64,000 bases of DNA from Bacilli bacterium (GCA_017406955.1 JAFQXM010000003.1:14527-78526), one strand, 5' to 3'. Counted from the stretch's first letter, positions 49,919 to 60,575 are shown. A program made the numbers and translations. The notes: a model not told the origin generated them from the sequence alone.

Positions 49919-51544
49919 CTATTCATTATAAGTATCTGGTAAATCATTTTCAAATAATGCATATACATCTTCTTTATTATTAGTTAATGTTCCAATAAAA
50001 GAATATGCATCTCTAACATCATTATATACTATTATTTTATCTTTATCAAAGCCATTATCTATTAATCCGTCTTTAATAGGTTTAGTCTTCTCTTCTCCTA
50101 CTAATACTGCATAATCTGCAACTTCTGCAATTTGTTTACCAAACTCTTTATTATAATAATCTTCTTTGTCACCTAATTCTATCATACCAGGAGTAACTAC
50201 TACTTTAATACCAGGCATCATACCAAGTACTTTACAAGCATTTTTGGCACCTACTGGATTAGAATTATAGGCATCATCTATTTGATAAAAATTACCTAAT
50301 TTCTTTAATTCTAATCTATGCTCTACTGTTCTAACAGTTTTAACTGAGCTTTGCAAATCTTCTATAGGTATATCAAATTCTCTACCACACGCAATACCTG
50401 CTAAGATATTATATACACTATGATCTCCTAATAATTTAGTTTCAAATTTATATTTTTCTTTTTCTCCTTTAAATATAACATCAAAACTAGTACCTTTATT
50501 AGAACATTTAATATTAGTAGCTCTAACATCTGCATCCTTATTATCTATTCCTATCCAAATAACTCTTACATTATTCTTTAAATCATAATTAACTTGTTTT
50601 TCGTCATCAATATTTAAAACTGCAAATCCATCACTAGGTAGGGACTCTATAAGTTCAAATTTACCTTTTACTATATTTTCTTCACTACCAAATGATTCTA
50701 AATGAGCTGTACCTATTCTAGTTAATATACCATAACTAGGATGAACAAAATTACATAAATCTTTTATTTCTCCTCTAGTGTATGCACCCATTTCCGCAAT
50801 AAATACATCATTAAATTTATCTAAATGATTATTTATAGTTATCATTAATCCATATGGAGTATTTAAATTCCTTGGACTTGGTAGTGTATTATATTTAATA
50901 TTTAATATATCACTTAATATATTCTTACTACTTGTTTTACCATAACTACCAGTAATACCTATTACTTTTAAATTATTCATACTTTTAAGTTTTACTTTAG
51001 CATGTGTTAAATAGTAATAATATACACATTTTTCTACTGGAGTATTAACTACTTTAGCAATCCATACAACAATAGGATTTAAATATACCATTACAGTTAA
51101 AATTAATATTAATAAATAGTAACTCATACTTACAAATATTATCGGTATTAAATATAAAATAAATGTAGTTACAATTAATCTTTTAACTCTAGCTGTTATT
51201 ACTAATGGTTTTTTATTTTGATAAGATTTTAACCTCTTTCTCCATAATAATCCTAAAATTATATATATAACAGAGATTATAATAATAGAAATATTAGCTA
51301 TAGGATTACAACTAGTTGCACACTTTAATGCATTTGGCCCAGATTCTTTTATATAAAGAAAAAGTGCTATTAATATAGGTATTAAATCTATATCAAATAA
51401 TTCTTTTAGATTCTTACTATACCATTTAAAATATCTATTATTTTCATTATATAAGTTTTGTTGTAGCATATGAAGGTATCTTTTGCTTTTAAATATTAAA
51501 CAAAAAAGTATTGATACTAATAAAAATATATATACGTATTTCAT
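49919..51544 (-). CDS. murF: UDP-MurNAc-tripeptide--D-Ala-D-Ala ligase with N-terminal membrane domain
   Basis: GITGSYGKT, EMGA, DDAYNSNP and TPGMIELG motifs; adjacent to ddl. Confidence 0.88.
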   Translation of the reverse strand: MKYVYIFLLVSILFCLIFKSKRYLHMLQQNLYNENNRYFKWYSKNLKELFDIDLIPILIALFLYIKESGPNALKCATSCNPIANISIIIISVIYIILGLLWRKRLKSYQNKKPLVITARVKRLIVTTFILYLIPIIFVSMSYYLLILILTVMVYLNPIVVWIAKVVNTPVEKCVYYYYLTHAKVKLKSMNNLKVIGITGSYGKTSSKNILSDILNIKYNTLPSPRNLNTPYGLMITINNHLDKFNDVFIAEMGAYTRGEIKDLCNFVHPSYGILTRIGTAHLESFGSEENIVKGKFELIESLPSDGFAVLNIDDEKQVNYDLKNNVRVIWIGIDNKDADVRATNIKCSNKGTSFDVIFKGEKEKYKFETKLLGDHSVYNILAGIACGREFDIPIEDLQSSVKTVRTVEHRLELKKLGNFYQIDDAYNSNPVGAKNACKVLGMMPGIKVVVTPGMIELGDKEDYYNKEFGKQIAEVADYAVLVGEEKTKPIKDGLIDNGFDKDKIIVYNDVRDAYSFIGTLTNNKEDVYALFENDLPDTYNE

Positions 51545-52278
51545 TACTTACCTCCTTTAAAGAATTCCTCTAATATTAAACATACTCTATCTAAATTTTC
51601 TATATAAGCATAATGTGTACCAGGAAGTACTATCAAAGCCGCATCTATCATTATTTTTTCTAATTCTTTAGCATCACTTACTGGAGCTTCTGTATCTTGT
51701 TCTCCCCAAACTAGTAAAGTTGGTTCTTCTATTTTTCTAGCATAACTAGATAAATCTTCATTAACAACATTTACTAAAGTTTGCCTCATTATTGGACTAG
51801 CGGCTTTATAATCCCTGGAACCAATAAAATTTTTCATAAATTCACCAATACCATTCATACCTGGTAATGTTTTCATTTTCTTTAAGAATTTTACCCATAA
51901 TGATAAGTCTTCTTGTATTCTAATACATGGACTTCCAAATAATACTAATTTTTCTATTGGATTATTAGCTGAATATCTAATTCCTACTCTTCCTCCAAAA
52001 GAATGTCCTATAACTATTGGTTTTTTAACTTTAACTTTTTTAATAAATTCTTCTAATACTAAATAATAATCATCTATTGTATATGGAACTTCTGGCTCAC
52101 TACTTTCTCCATAACCTGGAAAATCTAATATAGTAATTCTATATTTGTCAGAAAATCTATCTCCAATAATTTTCATCATCTCTATATTTTGTCCCCAACC
52201 ATGTAAAAGTAATATATCTTTTTTACCTTCTCCATATTGTATGTAATTAATATCTAAATCTTTAATTTTTATTTTCAT
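51544..52278 (-). CDS. Alpha/beta hydrolase
   Basis: LHGW, DFPGYG, GHSFGG, WGEQD and GTH motifs. Confidence 0.9.
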   Translation of the reverse strand: MKIKIKDLDINYIQYGEGKKDILLLHGWGQNIEMMKIIGDRFSDKYRITILDFPGYGESSEPEVPYTIDDYYLVLEEFIKKVKVKKPIVIGHSFGGRVGIRYSANNPIEKLVLFGSPCIRIQEDLSLWVKFLKKMKTLPGMNGIGEFMKNFIGSRDYKAASPIMRQTLVNVVNEDLSSYARKIEEPTLLVWGEQDTEAPVSDAKELEKIMIDAALIVLPGTHYAYIENLDRVCLILEEFFKGGK

Positions 52279-52361
52279 CTTTATCACCCATATCAAGTAT
52301 ATTATAACATAGTTTTATTAGTTTAGTTTTATATATAAATAAATATTTACATAAGTATACA

Positions 52362-52387
52362 AAAATAGTCTACAGTGTAGACTATTT
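52362..52387 (-). terminator. Terminator after rbfA
   Basis: AATAGTCTACA-G-TGTAGACTATT hairpin. Confidence 0.65.
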
Positions 52388-52723
52388 ATTTTCATGAATC
52401 TTATCTATAATTTTATCTATATGTTCTCCATAAGATATAGACTCATCATATATAAATTTTAATTCTGGAGTATGACGAATATCAATTCTTTCTGATAATT
52501 TTCCTCTAATAAAGTGGGCCGCCTTATTAAGTTCATCTTTGATTTCTTTTTTATTAGATAGATCTAATACTGTAAAATATACTTTTGCATAACTATAATC
52601 ACTAGTAGTCTCTACTCCTGTAATAGTTACAAATTTTAATTTTTCATCTTTAATCTCTGTCATTAATATCATACTTATTTCTTCTTGTAGCACATGATTT
52701 AATCTTTCTACTTTAATTGACAT
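52382..52723 (-). CDS. rbfA: Ribosome-binding factor A
   Basis: VTITGVE, AKVYF and RHTPEL.F..DES motifs. Confidence 0.95.
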   Translation of the reverse strand: MSIKVERLNHVLQEEISMILMTEIKDEKLKFVTITGVETTSDYSYAKVYFTVLDLSNKKEIKDELNKAAHFIRGKLSERIDIRHTPELKFIYDESISYGEHIDKIIDKIHENK

Positions 52724-52740
52724 AATATCAACTCCTAATA

Positions 52741-54879
52741 TTATCTTTTTATTTCTACTAATTTATAAACTTCAATAACATCGCCTTCTTTATAATCTTG
52801 GCAATTTTCTAAAGTTATCCCACAATCCATTCCTTTTTTAACTTCTTTTACTTGATCTTTTTCATGTTGTAAGGTGTTGATAGCTCCATTATATATAACT
52901 ACTCCATCTCTAATAATACGGGCTTTTTCGTTGTTTTTAACAGTACCATCTGTAACATGACATCCAGCAATTAAACCAACTTTAGAGAATTTAAATAATT
53001 GTCTAATTTCAAGTTGTCCAGTTACTTTTTCTTCATATTCTGGATCTAACATACCTTTCATAGCAGCTTCCATATCTTCTACTACTTTATATATAATGTC
53101 ATATGTTCTAATTTCTATACCAAACCTTTTTGCATTATCAATAGCTTTAGGATTAGCTCTTACATTAAATCCTATAATTAAGGCACCACTTGCACTAGCT
53201 AGTACTACATCACTTTCTGTAATAGCTCCAACAGCTCCACGAATAACATCTATTTTTACACCTTCAATATCTATTTTTTCTAATGAAGATTTTACTGCTT
53301 CTAAACTACCATGTACGTCAGCTTTTAGGACAACTTTGATTTTCTTAACACCTTCTTGAATTTTACCAAATAATTCATCTAGGCTCATTCCACTAAAGTT
53401 AGTATCCGCTTCTTTGGCACGAAGTGCTCTTTCTTCAGCAATACTTTTAGCTTGTTTTTCAGATTCAAAAGCCATAAATTTATCTCCTGCATCTGGAACT
53501 TCACTAATACCTGTAATTTCTACTGGTGTTGATGGAGGTGCTTCTACTATATTTTGACCTAAATCATTCTTTAAAGTACGAACCTTTCCTGCACAAGTTC
53601 CAACAACTATTGGATCCCCTAAACGAAGTGTTCCATTTTCTATTAATAGGGTTGCAATTGAACCTACTTTGTTATCTTTCTTTGCTTCAACTACTGTACC
53701 TGTTGCATATCTATTTGGATTAGCTTTATATTCTTGCATTTCTGATACTAATAAAATATTTTCTAATAATTCATTAATACCTTCACCAGTTTTAGCAGAT
53801 AATTTATTAACTATAATGTCTCCTCCCCATTCTTCTGGAGTAAGACCATTTTCTGCAAGACCAGACATAACTCTATCTATATCAGCATCTTCTTTATCTA
53901 TTTTATTAATAGCAACTATTATTGGAACGCCTGCAGCTTTAGCATGATCAATTGCTTCTTTTGTTTGAGGCATAATACCATCATCTGCAGCAACTATAAT
54001 AATTACTATATCTGTAATAGATGCACCTCTTGCTCTCATTTCTGTAAATGCAGCATGTCCTGGAGTATCAATAAATGTAATTAATTTATCATTACACTTA
54101 ACTGAATAAGCTCCAATAGCTTGAGTAATTCCTCCTGCTTCTCCTTCTACTACATTAGTTTTTCTAATTGCATCTAATAATGTAGTTTTACCATGATCAA
54201 CATGTCCCATAATTGTTACTACTGGAGGACGTTCTTTCAAATCTTCTTCTTTGTCTTTTATTTCAAAATTTTCAAAATTAGAAATATCAGCAGTTTCTTC
54301 TTTTTTTAGTTTCTTATCATAATCACTTACAACAACTTCAGCAGTCTCAAAATCAACTGATTGATTAACAGAAACCATAACACCTAATCCCATTAATTTC
54401 TTAACTAAATCAACTGCTTTTACATCTAGAGCTTCTGCAAGTTCAGATACAGTCATACCATCTTTATATAATACTGTATCTTCATCTGTTTCTGCTTCAT
54501 TAGATTGTAATTTTTCTTTATTCTTATAAGCTTTTTTTCTTTCTTTTAAGAAATCTTTTTTATTTTCAGTTTTCTTAACAGCTTTCTTTTTAACTTTCTC
54601 AAAATTATTAGAATTATCTAAATCAAATTTAGTATCCATAGCTAATTCTTCTGCTTTATCATAAGCTTCATCTTCTGCTAATCTTTCTTCATACTCTTCG
54701 TCTTTTTCAACTTCTACTGCTTCATCATCGCTTTGTACTTCGTTATCTAAAGTAACAATGTCAACATCTTCTAACATACTATCTTTATCATCATATTTAA
54801 TACCTAGCTTATCACATAAAGCCATAATTTCTTCTACAGTTTTATTAACATCTAAAGCATATTCTTCTATACTCATCAT
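52741..54879 (-). CDS. infB: Translation initiation factor IF-2
   Basis: GHVDHGKTT, DTPGHAAF and NKID motifs. Confidence 0.98.
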   Translation of the reverse strand: MMSIEEYALDVNKTVEEIMALCDKLGIKYDDKDSMLEDVDIVTLDNEVQSDDEAVEVEKDEEYEERLAEDEAYDKAEELAMDTKFDLDNSNNFEKVKKKAVKKTENKKDFLKERKKAYKNKEKLQSNEAETDEDTVLYKDGMTVSELAEALDVKAVDLVKKLMGLGVMVSVNQSVDFETAEVVVSDYDKKLKKEETADISNFENFEIKDKEEDLKERPPVVTIMGHVDHGKTTLLDAIRKTNVVEGEAGGITQAIGAYSVKCNDKLITFIDTPGHAAFTEMRARGASITDIVIIIVAADDGIMPQTKEAIDHAKAAGVPIIVAINKIDKEDADIDRVMSGLAENGLTPEEWGGDIIVNKLSAKTGEGINELLENILLVSEMQEYKANPNRYATGTVVEAKKDNKVGSIATLLIENGTLRLGDPIVVGTCAGKVRTLKNDLGQNIVEAPPSTPVEITGISEVPDAGDKFMAFESEKQAKSIAEERALRAKEADTNFSGMSLDELFGKIQEGVKKIKVVLKADVHGSLEAVKSSLEKIDIEGVKIDVIRGAVGAITESDVVLASASGALIIGFNVRANPKAIDNAKRFGIEIRTYDIIYKVVEDMEAAMKGMLDPEYEEKVTGQLEIRQLFKFSKVGLIAGCHVTDGTVKNNEKARIIRDGVVIYNGAINTLQHEKDQVKEVKKGMDCGITLENCQDYKEGDVIEVYKLVEIKR

Positions 54880-54892
54880 ATTATCACCTCCA

Positions 54893-55156
54893 CTATTTTT
54901 CTATTACTTTTTTTATTTCTTCATATAAATTATCATTAATAGAACATTCTAATCTTTGTTCTAAAATATTAGAATTTTTTATTTTATCTAAAATACTAAT
55001 ATCTTTTTTAATATATGCTCCTCTACCATTAATCTTTCCAGTTTCATCAACTACTACTTCTTTATCAGGAGTTCTAACAATTCTAAGTAATTCCTTCTTA
55101 GGTAGCCTTTCTTTAGTAATTATACATGTCCTTAAAGGTATCTTTCTATTCTTCAT
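54893..55156 (-). CDS. ylxR: YlxR/RnpM RNA-binding protein
   Basis: KIPLRTC, ELLRIV and GRGAY motifs; between nusA and infB. Confidence 0.92.
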   Translation of the reverse strand: MKNRKIPLRTCIITKERLPKKELLRIVRTPDKEVVVDETGKINGRGAYIKKDISILDKIKNSNILEQRLECSINDNLYEEIKKVIEK

Positions 55157-55170
55157 TAAATCACCTCTAA

Positions 55171-56364
55171 TTATCTAAAATTAATTCCTGCTTCTCTGGC
55201 TTGTTCTGTTGTTTTTATATCAATTCTATAATGAGTTAATCTACTAGCAAGGCGTGCATTTTGTCCTTTTTTACCAATAGCTAATGAGAAATTATCTCCA
55301 TCAGCAATAACCATTGCTTCTTGTTTTTTAGGATCAGTAATTGCTACTGTTAAATCTTTTGCAGGAGATAATGCGTTTTCTATAAATACTGCAGGATCAC
55401 TATCATATCTTACAACATCTAATTTTTCTCCATGTAACTCTTCTATAATATGAGCAATTCTAGAACCTTTTTCTCCAATACAAGCTCCAATTGGATCTAT
55501 ATTTCCTCTTTCGGCATATACAGCTACTTTACTTCTATTTCCTGCATCTCTTGCTACACTATAAATCATAATAGATCCATCTGTAAGTTCTGGAATTTCT
55601 AATTCAAATAATCTTTTAACAAAACCATAATGTGTTCTAGAAAGTAATACTAATAAGTTTTTTCCATTATTATCTACTTTTGATACATATACTTTTATTT
55701 GAGAACCCATCTCAATCTTTTCACCAGGTATACAATCTTTCTTTGGAAGTATTCCATTAGTTCTACCTAAATCAATAAAATAATTATCAGTATCTTCTAA
55801 GGCAACAGTACCAACTAATAATTCATCTTGTTTATCTCCAAAGTCCTCCATAATACTATTTCTTTCAGCTTCTCTTATCTTTTGAATTACTACTTGTTTA
55901 GCAGTAGAAGCAGCGACACGTCCAAAATCTTTTGGAGTAACTTCCTTATCGATTGTATCTCCTACTTCTAGTTTTTTATCAATCTTTTTAGCTTCACTTA
56001 ATTTTATTTCTACATCAGGATTAAAGAAACTTACTTTTTCTTCTTCTGCTTCTTCTTTTTCTTCTCCCTCAGTTTCTTCTACTTCTTCTTCATCTTCATC
56101 AGTATAATTTTCAAATAAATAGTCCTCGTATTCTTCTTTAGTCATTTTATCATCTGGAACTACTGTTAAATATGAAAATACTTTAATATCTCCAGTATCT
56201 CTATCAAATAATACCTTTACATTAGTTTTAGAATTAAAATTTTTCTTATATGCAGAAGTTAAAGCTAACTCCATTGCATCATAAACTACATCTTTATCAA
56301 TACTTTTTTCTTCTACAATATTATCTAATGCTTTTAAAAATTCTTCACCTTTCATATTACTCAC
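55171..56364 (-). CDS. nusA: Transcription factor NusA
   Basis: FGRVAA..AKQ, RSKVAV and AIGKKGQNARLA motifs. Confidence 0.97.
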   Translation of the reverse strand: MSNMKGEEFLKALDNIVEEKSIDKDVVYDAMELALTSAYKKNFNSKTNVKVLFDRDTGDIKVFSYLTVVPDDKMTKEEYEDYLFENYTDEDEEEVEETEGEEKEEAEEEKVSFFNPDVEIKLSEAKKIDKKLEVGDTIDKEVTPKDFGRVAASTAKQVVIQKIREAERNSIMEDFGDKQDELLVGTVALEDTDNYFIDLGRTNGILPKKDCIPGEKIEMGSQIKVYVSKVDNNGKNLLVLLSRTHYGFVKRLFELEIPELTDGSIMIYSVARDAGNRSKVAVYAERGNIDPIGACIGEKGSRIAHIIEELHGEKLDVVRYDSDPAVFIENALSPAKDLTVAITDPKKQEAMVIADGDNFSLAIGKKGQNARLASRLTHYRIDIKTTEQAREAGINFR

Positions 56365-56605
56365 CCTTCTCCTTTGAATAAATATCTACTTCATAAATAT
56401 TATCAGTAATTAAATTACTATTATCTAATTTTTTATTAATAATTCTAGATGCCTCTGTTACTCTATTTAAGTCAATTACTTCTTTACTATCTACTACTAT
56501 ATTTAATATATCTTTACCTTCAACATTTTCAACAAACACATCATCAATAAACATAGATAACTTATCTAAATCATCACTTACTAACTTTTCTACTTGTCCT
56601 TTCAC
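56357..56605 (-). CDS. rimP: RimP N-terminal-domain-only protein
   Basis: First gene of the nusA operon; IDL.....SR.I...LD and YEVDIYS (compare Y.LEVSS). GTG start at 56605 with AGGAGG. Confidence 0.65.
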   Translation of the reverse strand: MKGQVEKLVSDDLDKLSMFIDDVFVENVEGKDILNIVVDSKEVIDLNRVTEASRIINKKLDNSNLITDNIYEVDIYSKEKGE

Positions 56606-56625
56606 ACCATACCTCCTAGACATAA

Positions 56626-56660
56626 TAAAGAGTGGTTTTTTATTCCCACTCCTTTCTTGC
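56626..56660 (-). promoter_or_regulatory. rimP (ylxS) leader hairpin
   Basis: GAGTGGG...CCACTCTTT hairpin upstream of rimP, as in Firmicute rimP leaders. Confidence 0.6.
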
Positions 56661-56744
56661 CTATATTATAGCACAAAATTCATAAAATACAAACAATATC
56701 TTTAATTTTAAACAAAAATATGATAATCTTTAGATGGTGATAGT

Positions 56745-57434
56745 ATGATCAACATTAAAAAATATATAAATATTAAAAATTTTATTATCTTGATATTACT
56801 ATTTATATTATTCTATTATAGTTCTTTATTTAAAATATTCCCAATGATGATTTTTAATCTTAGTAATAAAAATCCTACTGATAAAATTATATTGACTGCT
56901 TTTTCAGACTGTTGTTTATTACTTATATTACTTTTTGTTTTTAGAAAAGATATAATAAAAGAATTCAACATATTTAAGAAAGATATTTTAAAGAATTTTG
57001 ATATAGGATTTAGTTGCTGGATAATAGGATTACTTTTTATGGTTATATCAAATGTTATTATTAGTTTTATTTTAAAAGCAGGCGGTGCAGAAAATGAAAA
57101 ATTAATTCAACAAATGATTTCAAAATCACCTTGGTTTATGATCATAACTGCCGGAGTGATTGCTCCTATAATTGAAGAATTAATATTTAGAAAAGGATTT
57201 AAAAACTCTTTTAATAACAAGCATTTATTTATAATACTGTCTGGTTTAGTATTTGGACTTATGCATGTTATTAGTAGTAATTCTTTATTAGAATTTCTAT
57301 ATATAATACCTTATAGTAGTTTAGGAATTTCATTTGCAGTTGCTTATTATAAAACTGATACAGTATTCACTCCTATTATATTTCATATGATACATAATTT
57401 AATACTTATTATATTAGCTGTATTTCTACATTAA
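56745..57434 (+). CDS. CPBP (CAAX/Abi) family intramembrane metalloprotease
   Basis: EELIFR, FGLMH and H..HN motifs. Confidence 0.9.
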   Translation: MINIKKYINIKNFIILILLFILFYYSSLFKIFPMMIFNLSNKNPTDKIILTAFSDCCLLLILLFVFRKDIIKEFNIFKKDILKNFDIGFSCWIIGLLFMVISNVIISFILKAGGAENEKLIQQMISKSPWFMIITAGVIAPIIEELIFRKGFKNSFNNKHLFIILSGLVFGLMHVISSNSLLEFLYIIPYSSLGISFAVAYYKTDTVFTPIIFHMIHNLILIILAVFLH

Positions 57435-57443
57435 AAAAGAGGT

Positions 57444-58031
57444 CTATTTACCTCTTTTAATATGCAAATCAATAAATACTAGTGGCATTATCAACATACC
57501 TTGTAATATCAATGTAGTGAAATATGCTACCCAATATGTATCTACATTTAATGTAGTAATATAAAATAATGAGTAAAATAAATAATAAACTACTAATGCA
57601 AATATATATGTTAAGAATATTAATATAAAATTTGGTTTTGTATTATCAAGTAAGAATTGATAAATAGTCAAATTAATAAGTTGACTTATAATATATCCGC
57701 AAAAATCTCCCACAACATTAGAAAATTCAAAACCTCTACCAACACATATATTCATAATCGCAACAAACAGTACCATAGCTATACCAGATATTGAAATTGC
57801 TAAAATAGATTTTTTATAGCCTTTTTTCTTAGTTATATAGTTAGTCAAAAAATATATTATTGGAAGTAAAAACAAAGCATATGTTAAACTAAAACGTTCT
57901 AATTCAAATGTGTAATTCTTTAATGACTCTCCAAGTATTACTACTGCTGACAATAATAATACATATATCCAATTATCTTCATATTCTAAATTAGTTTTCT
58001 TCTTGTTTTTTAATTTATTTTCTTTTTTCAT
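57444..58031 (-). CDS. VUT/YhhQ-like membrane protein (possible queuosine-precursor transporter)
   Basis: About 6 TM helices; LP..YFLTN.I....G...S and Y.ISQ...L.IY patterns. Confidence 0.5.
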   Translation of the reverse strand: MKKENKLKNKKKTNLEYEDNWIYVLLLSAVVILGESLKNYTFELERFSLTYALFLLPIIYFLTNYITKKKGYKKSILAISISGIAMVLFVAIMNICVGRGFEFSNVVGDFCGYIISQLINLTIYQFLLDNTKPNFILIFLTYIFALVVYYLFYSLFYITTLNVDTYWVAYFTTLILQGMLIMPLVFIDLHIKRGK

Positions 58032-58202
58032 ACAATCACCCTTCTTATTATAAATATATTCTATCATAATAATTAAAATATTAAAAGACTATTTTTTATT
58101 TTTAAAATATATATTTGTTTACATTTATTTACATTTATATATAAATATTAAAATATTACTTAAAATTTTAATGATATAATTATTCTATTGATGAGGTGTT
58201 TT

Positions 58203-58565
58203 ATGAAAAAGTTTAAAATGTGGTATTGGATTATTTTTGTATTTGTTTTGATTATGGCGATCACTAAAGGCTTTGATATTAGTATACCTATAAATGCCTA
58301 TGGTAGTGGCAATTTTAAAGGAGATATAAGCATATTATTATTGAATTTAATATTAGTATTAGTTATATGGATATTTTTGTTTATAGTTACAATAAATAAA
58401 AAAAATACTATTAAATCTAAATGGTTGATATTAATTGGCATAATATTTATCTCACTTTTCATACCAGTTGGAATTCATTCTTATTATGCTGGTGTAATTG
58501 GAAAATATAATAAAGATTATGTTGGTCTATTTTCTTTCATAAAACTAATTATAATGCATCTATAA
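58203..58565 (+). CDS. Hypothetical membrane protein
   Basis: GAGGTG RBS; 3-4 hydrophobic segments. Confidence 0.65.
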   Translation: MKKFKMWYWIIFVFVLIMAITKGFDISIPINAYGSGNFKGDISILLLNLILVLVIWIFLFIVTINKKNTIKSKWLILIGIIFISLFIPVGIHSYYAGVIGKYNKDYVGLFSFIKLIIMHL

Positions 58566-58569
58566 AATT

Positions 58570-58592
58570 AAAACCCTTATATAATAAGGGTT
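58570..58592. terminator. Bidirectional terminator between the membrane gene and tRNA-Gly
   Basis: AACCCTTAT-ATA-ATAAGGGTT flanked by A/T tracts. Confidence 0.7.
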
Positions 58593-58602
58593 GTTTTTAT
58601 TA

Positions 58603-58677
58603 TGGAGCGGATGAGGGAAATCGAATCCCCGTCACAACCTTGGCAAGGTCGTATTCTAACCACTAAACTACATCCGC
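58603..58677 (-). tRNA. tRNA-Gly(GCC)
   Basis: GCGGATGTAGTTTAGTGG...CGACC-TT-GCC-AA-GGTTG...CATCCGCTCCA. Confidence 0.93.
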
Positions 58678-58685
58678 AAAAAAAA

Positions 58686-58759
58686 TGGAGGGGCCTACCG
58701 GATTTGAACCGGTGATCAGGGTGTTGCAGACCCACGCCTTACCACTTGGCTAAAGCCCC
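58686..58759 (-). tRNA. tRNA-Cys(GCA)
   Basis: GGGT-CT-GCA-AC-ACCC, GGTTCAAATCC, TCCA. Confidence 0.93.
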
Positions 58760-58841
58760 ATCTCTACTTGATAGTATACCAAAGTTAAATTAAAATTTCA
58801 ATAAGTTTATTACTAAAGTATATGAAAAAAGAAGAAGTTAA

Positions 58842-60068
58842 TTACTTCTTCAAATAATCATATATATTTTTATTATTATATCTCATTTCATTATTTATTA
58901 TAATTGGTCTAAGTCCATACTTATCTGTATATGTATAAATAGTATTATCTGAAATGAATGATATTGCATCATCTTTGATTTTTAATTCTTCTATGCCAAA
59001 TGATTTAAATAATAATATTGGATTATTATAGTTATTATTAATTATTTGGTATAAATTGCCATCTTTAGTTTTAAAATAATAATTAGAATTATACTTTCTA
59101 ATAACAACATTACCATATTTTTTACTTATGTTATTATTCAATACATCATAATTAAAAATATTGTCTTTATTTTTTCTAACAGTGATTAATTTATTATTAT
59201 TAAGTCTTTTAAAGCCTTTGTTTTGATCCCCAATTTTTATAATCTCTTCTTTTCTTGGATTTATTTTATATTGCTTCTTAGTGTCATTGTCAGTTAAATA
59301 TAAATTATTTTTATATACTCCATTTATATAAGTATTTATAGATAGCTTTTCTTCTAAATTTATAGTCTTTATTTTATTTTTAATTAAGTCATACAAAAAT
59401 ATTTCTTTATATTCAATACTATTTTTATCTAAATCTGTATTAATTGTAATATAGTACTTATTTACTAATGAGGAAAATTCATTATTATATTTATCTTTTT
59501 TCAATAATTGTTTTTTCTCTACTTTATTATTATCTATAATATATATGCCCTTATAAAACCATATTACATACTTATATTCTTTTATATTATTTTTATATAT
59601 TGAGATATAGTCTTTTTTTATGACTTTATCACTATATTTTATAGTTTCTATCCTATACTTATCTTTTTTTACTTTATTTAAAATATTATTAAAGTATTTA
59701 TTACTTGATTCTTTTAAATATGAAGAACTAACTTGGCTATTATTATTTAAACAGTATATATCAACAACTTTATTATTTTTATATATTGGTAATATGCATG
59801 TAAGTTTATCTGATTTATACTTTTTTATATTAGTAATTATTTTTTTTGAATTAGATTTACTTTTATATGTAAAAACATATATTTTTTTATTATTTATTAC
59901 TTTAAAATAATAATTGTTATTTCTATTTTCTTTTTTATATACTTCATTTATTTTATATTCATTATTTAAAGTATAATTTATATCATGGTTATTATGTAAC
60001 CAATTAGAAATATTAATAATCACAACTATAATACCAACTAATACTAATATTCTTTTAAAATACTTCAT
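58842..60068 (-). CDS. Hypothetical exported protein (N/K/Y-rich, probably beta-rich)
   Basis: N-terminal TM anchor; 408-aa ORF. Confidence 0.7.
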   Translation of the reverse strand: MKYFKRILVLVGIIVVIINISNWLHNNHDINYTLNNEYKINEVYKKENRNNNYYFKVINNKKIYVFTYKSKSNSKKIITNIKKYKSDKLTCILPIYKNNKVVDIYCLNNNSQVSSSYLKESSNKYFNNILNKVKKDKYRIETIKYSDKVIKKDYISIYKNNIKEYKYVIWFYKGIYIIDNNKVEKKQLLKKDKYNNEFSSLVNKYYITINTDLDKNSIEYKEIFLYDLIKNKIKTINLEEKLSINTYINGVYKNNLYLTDNDTKKQYKINPRKEEIIKIGDQNKGFKRLNNNKLITVRKNKDNIFNYDVLNNNISKKYGNVVIRKYNSNYYFKTKDGNLYQIINNNYNNPILLFKSFGIEELKIKDDAISFISDNTIYTYTDKYGLRPIIINNEMRYNNKNIYDYLKK

Positions 60069-60116
60069 GTACTATCACCATAAAAATTATATCAAATAAA
60101 AAGAATTAGATAAAGT

Positions 60117-60566
60117 CTAACTCTTATTTTTTTGTGTTGTCGAAACATATTTTTTCTTTTCTTCCATCATATATGAAGAAATAGCAGTTTCTATTTCACT
60201 TAAAGCTCCTTTAGTTATATTTGATAAAGTAACATTCTCTTTTACTGAATTAATATATATTTTACCCCAAATAATACCACTTGATACTTCTAAATCATTA
60301 AACATATCTGGTGTAATAGCATTTAGGAAATACCCAAATATGACCCTTTTTCTTCCCACCAATAATCTTTTATTAGTAAGAGCAACAACTGCAGAGGATA
60401 ATATATTTAGTGGATTATCATTTTTTTGAGCAATAAACGCATATAATACTTTTTCCCCTGGATTTAAATGCTTTTCTACAATATGAGAATTTTTCTTTAA
60501 TCTCCATCCAATAGTTAATGGATATTTTTTCTTAAATTGTAATACATGTTCATAAACTGTTTCCAT
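60117..60566 (-). CDS. Bacterial PH-domain protein
   Basis: LNPGEKVLYAF and VALTNKRLL patterns. Confidence 0.7.
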   Translation of the reverse strand: METVYEHVLQFKKKYPLTIGWRLKKNSHIVEKHLNPGEKVLYAFIAQKNDNPLNILSSAVVALTNKRLLVGRKRVIFGYFLNAITPDMFNDLEVSSGIIWGKIYINSVKENVTLSNITKGALSEIETAISSYMMEEKKKYVSTTQKNKS

Positions 60567-60575
60567 ATAAATCAC

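Noticed and set aside
58032-58200. preQ1 riboswitch upstream of the VUT-like gene
   Set aside because: The region is nearly pure A/T with no recognisable preQ1 stem; only promoter-like sequence is present.
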